A DNA stretch of 64,000 nt from an uncultured Methanosarcinaceae archaeon (lineage in GTDB: Archaea > Halobacteriota > Methanosarcinia > Methanosarcinales > Methanosarcinaceae), in contig CAVTET010000001.1 of NCBI GenBank assembly GCA_963733675.1, positions 288,001 through 352,000 of the forward strand. The letters are read 5' to 3'. Shown here piece by piece: positions 59,898 to 64,000 of the stretch (its first letter is position 1; every line of letters starts with the position of its first letter). The position numbers and the translations under genes are program-made. The notes under the pieces were generated by a model that was given only the letters and a program-made list of their open reading frames with translations, was not told the origin of the DNA and searched no databases.

Positions 59898-60353
59898 ATG
59901 CTTGAAGAATACGAGAAGAAGAAACATTTTGAAAAAACTCATGAGCCCTTTACTCGTGGTTCGCACGAAAGCGTCGACAGGCCTATTTATGTAGTACAAC
60001 GCCATTATGCGCGCAACCTGCATTACGATTTCCGCCTGGAGATGGATGGAGTTCTGAAAAGCTGGGCCATGCCAAAGCAACCGCCAAAAAAGATAGGTCT
60101 CAAAAGGCTCGCTATCCTGACTGAAGATCATCCTCTTTCATATGCAGATTTTGAGGGGGAAATTCCGAAAGGAGAATATGGAGCTGGCAAGGTTGGGATC
60201 TGGGATAAAGGAACTTTTGAGCTTCAAAAACGTGAGGAAAAAGAGATTGTTGTGATACTCAATGGGGAGGAGCTGAAAGGGAATTATATTTTGATCAGGA
60301 CAAAATATGGAAAATGTGAGAATGAATGGCTTTTCTTTAAAAGGGCAGACTAA
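59898..60353 (+). CDS. Stand-alone LigD-type 3'-phosphoesterase (PE domain)
   Basis: YVVQRHYARNLHYDFRLEMDGVLKSWA.PK, RLAILTEDHPLSYADFEGEIP.GEYGAG.V.IWDKG. Confidence 0.92.
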   Translation: MLEEYEKKKHFEKTHEPFTRGSHESVDRPIYVVQRHYARNLHYDFRLEMDGVLKSWAMPKQPPKKIGLKRLAILTEDHPLSYADFEGEIPKGEYGAGKVGIWDKGTFELQKREEKEIVVILNGEELKGNYILIRTKYGKCENEWLFFKRAD

Positions 60354-61084
60354 AAATAATCATGGGGATCGATTCAAATAGTAAAGGCAGATTTCCTATT
60401 TCTTAAATTTTCAGTTTAAAATATCGCTGAAATGATCTTTCACCATGTTATTATTTAGAAAAACCCGAAGATCGCTCCATCTGATGGGGAATATCCATCA
60501 ATTTGATTATATTCAGTTATGTGATTGTCAAAATCAAAGCATCAAAATAATCTGAAGATTTCTCAGCACCGATAATCCATTTTGCACATCTGATCTTCAA
60601 TATTCGAAAATGTACAAAACTATGAATTTTACCCTATAATAATAGAGACAACTAACAAGTTCGGCTCGAATGACTTCCCCATATGATCATGGCCGGCTTT
60701 GAGTAGAGTTTCAGGATCAATTACTTCAATTGTATTCTCTACCATCTCACATATTCACAGTTTTTGTTTGAAAAACCATGGATCATTGTTTTTAGATGGT
60801 TATGTTCTACCTAACATTGTAGTTTTTTTTGGCTTGTGTTGGAATTCAGGTTAAAAGTTTTTTTCCAAAATAGATGTTTTGCAAGTTAAAATGTTGTTTC
60901 TGATGAGTATTATTATAATCTTCATAAGTTTAACAAGTAATAGTAATGCCAAAATTATTCCAATAAGTGTGTAAATATATTTTATCAGTAGAAAAGTTTA
61001 CTTTGTATAGTGAAGTATTATTCATTTGTTTTTTTATAGTTATTTTTAAGCAATAATATATGAACAAATATCAAGAGATTAAAA

Positions 61085-61624
61085 ATGAACGAAGCTAAAT
61101 GTGATAAAGCAAGTAGAAAGCATACAATCATGACGGTTTTAGGAATCACTGCATTGGCGCTTTTAATGCTAGTGGGTATAGCAGGCACAGCACAATCTTT
61201 AAATTATTGGTCCCACAAAGGAGGCGAGCTAATAAGCTCAGAAAAGTACAATGAAGCAATAATAGCCTTTGAGAAATCAATTGAAACTAATCCACATGAT
61301 TCATATGCTTGGACTGGCAAAGGCGTAGCTTTAGGGAAATTAGGCAAATCAGATGAAGCAATAAAAGCATTTGACAAAGCAATTGAAATTAATCCATGGT
61401 ATTCAAAAGCTTGGTACAATAAAGGACTTGCTCTAGATCATTTAAATAAATATGATGAAGCAATAAAAGCATTTGACAAAGCAATTGAAATTAATCCTAA
61501 GTATTCAGCAGCTTGGTACAATAAAGCAGTAATTTTAAATAAATTAAGTAAATCAGCTGAAGCAATAAATGCATATGAGAAAGCAATTGAAATTGATCCG
61601 CAACTCAAAAACTTGGCACAATAA
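61085..61624 (+). CDS. Exported TPR-repeat protein (four TPRs)
   Basis: Signal-like LGITALALLMLVGIAGTA; repeated AWYNKG..L..L.KYDEAIKAFDKAIEINP. Confidence 0.9.
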   Translation: MNEAKCDKASRKHTIMTVLGITALALLMLVGIAGTAQSLNYWSHKGGELISSEKYNEAIIAFEKSIETNPHDSYAWTGKGVALGKLGKSDEAIKAFDKAIEINPWYSKAWYNKGLALDHLNKYDEAIKAFDKAIEINPKYSAAWYNKAVILNKLSKSAEAINAYEKAIEIDPQLKNLAQ

Positions 61625-62286
61625 AAGTAATTTATCTACATAAAAATAAATCCGATTTGTGGGTTGAATAGCTACTTAATTTTCATTTATTCTTATTCTT
61701 TGTGAGATAAACATAATCACTTTTTGCCTCCCATCACAACACATATTTCGACTGACAAATGAGAAAATACATAGTTTTTCGATACAAAATCTATGTATAA
61801 ATCCGGTTTAAAATTTAATAAAATGATGACTGTGCATTTTCAAATAAAATAGAAAAACAAGAAATAGAGCAGTGTAGCGAATTTGCTTTAAATTCAAAGT
61901 TAAGTTTTTGTATAATATGTTTAACTTTGTTCTCTGATGTGGAATTTTCTACCAGATAATTCTTTGAAGGTTGTTATTTTATGGATAATTCGAAACATTT
62001 TCGTGGAGGCTGTCGAATGTGGGTTATCCATGTGATCCCTGTAAAAGTTAAAATTAGTATAATAAAGTTTTATTTGATGAGAATTGGTATTATTTTCTGG
62101 GTTTTTGATTGATTGCAGTCAAATACCAGTGAAATTTATGGTAAAGTTTGGCGATCCAGGAGATCTTCAAAAGTCTGTAATATCATGATTTATTTTGATG
62201 GTGTGTATATCGAATATTGTAAAGTTACAGTAGGTCTCAACTCCTCATATAGGTCTTAATTGACTTCAACGCCGCCATATGATCTA

Positions 62287-62723
62287 TCATAACCTAATTA
62301 TAAATCCAGTTTTTATTCCCTTCTCAAATCCTACTCGTTCATAGAATCTCAGTACACTTTCTTCCTTTCTCCCGGTTAACAACACAACTTCACAACAGTT
62401 ATTCTTTTTTGCCACCTCTATAGCTTTATACAATATTGAAGTCCCATATTCTCTCTTTCTGTATTCTCTATGAGTTATCACATTTTCTATTAATCCAAAA
62501 GGTCTTCCGCTTCTTGTTAAATTATCTATTATAATTAATGTACATGATGAGACTATTATCCCATCATCTTCCACCACAAAATAATATCTGTTTGAATCAT
62601 TGAAACTTTTTTCCCACAATTTGTTTATGCGATCCGTTCCCTTCAAATCAGGATCATCAGGATTTAAGTATATATATACAAATACAGTAATCTATCCAAT
62701 TCTTCAAATTTTATTAACCTCAT
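62287..62723 (-). pseudogene. GNAT acetyltransferase with a +2 slip in a (TA)n tract
   Basis: MRLIKFEELDRLLYLY, a (TA) run, then YLNPDDPDLKG in frame with ORF 62287-62646 (IENVITHREYR, FYERVGF). Confidence 0.8.
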
Positions 62724-62882
62724 TTTATTATTTATGATATCGTGCTCCAGACTGTGATTTCAACGACTTTGCTATTTCCCCGTAAAAGACCTCCCAGTAA
62801 GTACTGCTAGATTTCAACGTGAAATATATGATTGTTGCCAAATAAAATATCCGTCAAGAGTCGTGCATCCAGCTATTTTTAT

Positions 62883-63001
62883 TGGGACTTACGCACTTGA
62901 AGTCCAGAATCAATACCATTAAAATTAAAATTTTCTAACACTCAATTTTTAATCGTCACATACAATATACTTTATTTAGCATCAGAAGTGCGTAAGTCCT
63001 A
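62883..63001. mobile_element. MITE of about 120 bp (AGGACTTACGC family), well-preserved IRs
   Basis: GGACTTACGCACTT...AAGTGCGTAAGTCC. Confidence 0.8.
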
Positions 63002-63597
63002 TTTATGCAAGAGCCTGTTTCGAAATTCAATCATTTTCTACAATTGGATAATGAACATGTGGGGTTTAAATTAAGATAAAAACGGTTCAAAAATTTAAAC
63101 GTAAGTTAACCTTGATTTGGGATCTGAAATTCGATGTAGATTTCTGTACATGTTTACTACAAAAACTATCATATTACTATATTATTCTCGAACCTTAGTG
63201 AACCTGCCCTAGTTCTGATCGAAAAAGCTATCTGACAAAAGTACTGAATATTCTCAGACTTTATGTTATGAATTTGAGAATGTATCCACCAAATCCCAAG
63301 ATATTAAATGGAATTACCAGATTCCACAAGTGCAGAAGGTGATGTAGGCAAAAAAGATAAATATATTGGGGACTGTAATATCCCCCCATTTAATTATTGA
63401 GCTCATTTCAAGCTCTATTCAATTTCATTTTTAGTATTTCCTTCGTTTCCTCTATTACAATCAACTTTACTATATTATTTGTTTGGTTTTCTATTTGCAT
63501 TCTACTCGCTTAGTGGTCACAGTACATGGAAATCCCATGCAACATTAGCATCAACTCAATGTGTTATTAAGAGTTGATTTAGAAAGCCTTGCCAACT

Positions 63598-63927
63598 TTA
63601 TTTCTCGTTCTCTCCTTCAGAATCTTCCCACATCACCGTAACTCTAGGACTTTTGCCACGCTCACGAATTGATGTTGTTATCATTCCCAAATCTACCAAC
63701 TCTTGTAATGCCCTTGTGAAAAATCTTTTATTGACACCAAAAATATCCTTTGCTGTAGAACTGGAAATAACAAGATCTATTTTTGTTTGCATTAAATCTT
63801 TAAGATACCAGATATACAAAGTTAATTTTGTAGCATTTACATTACCTTGAAGCAACAAAGCTTTCTGGATTCAAGGAAGTGGAGTATTGGGGATAAAATG
63901 ATGTTTGAGTTTTTTCTTAATTGTCAT
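63598..63927 (-). pseudogene. Winged-helix protein of plasmid or viral type with an in-frame TGA
   Basis: MTIKKKLKHHFIPNTPLP*IQKAL...FGVNKRFFTRALQELVDLGMI....RERGKSPRVTV; TGA at 63871-63873. Confidence 0.55.
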
Positions 63928-64000
63928 ATTACCTACCCATATAAAAGTAAATACTAGATATATCTAAAAAATACTAGAGATACATAAAAATAATTAATAG

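Overview
AT-rich archaeal chromosomal segment that looks like Methanosarcina, judged from gene content (F420H2:NADP+ oxidoreductase, type II GAPDH, methanogenesis marker 8, a Rio1/KH/aIF1A cluster, tRNA-Ile2(CAU)) and typical IS5/IS6 elements and MITEs. Intact housekeeping genes (fno, nadK, gap, pheA, pyrC, ttuA-like, XPD helicase, amt) sit among many pseudogenes, IS copies and short dispersed repeats, which suggests ongoing genome erosion. The most notable structure is a three-part cassette present in two diverged copies (about 26.1-26.7 kb on the minus strand and about 50.3-50.9 kb on the plus strand): a UPF0391/DUF1328-like membrane peptide, a divergent tRNA-Leu-like RNA, and a CxxC/CxxC zinc-ribbon miniprotein, with reciprocal decay between the copies. 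Also seen: a family of small secreted repeat proteins sharing an MLKQ leader (one with 12-aa VPV repeats), a probable CTG start for aIF1A, an ATA-start ferredoxin missing from the ORF track, and a head-to-head mini-IS6. No CRISPR array or rRNA gene was seen. All calls come from reading the sequence by eye, with no database searches.
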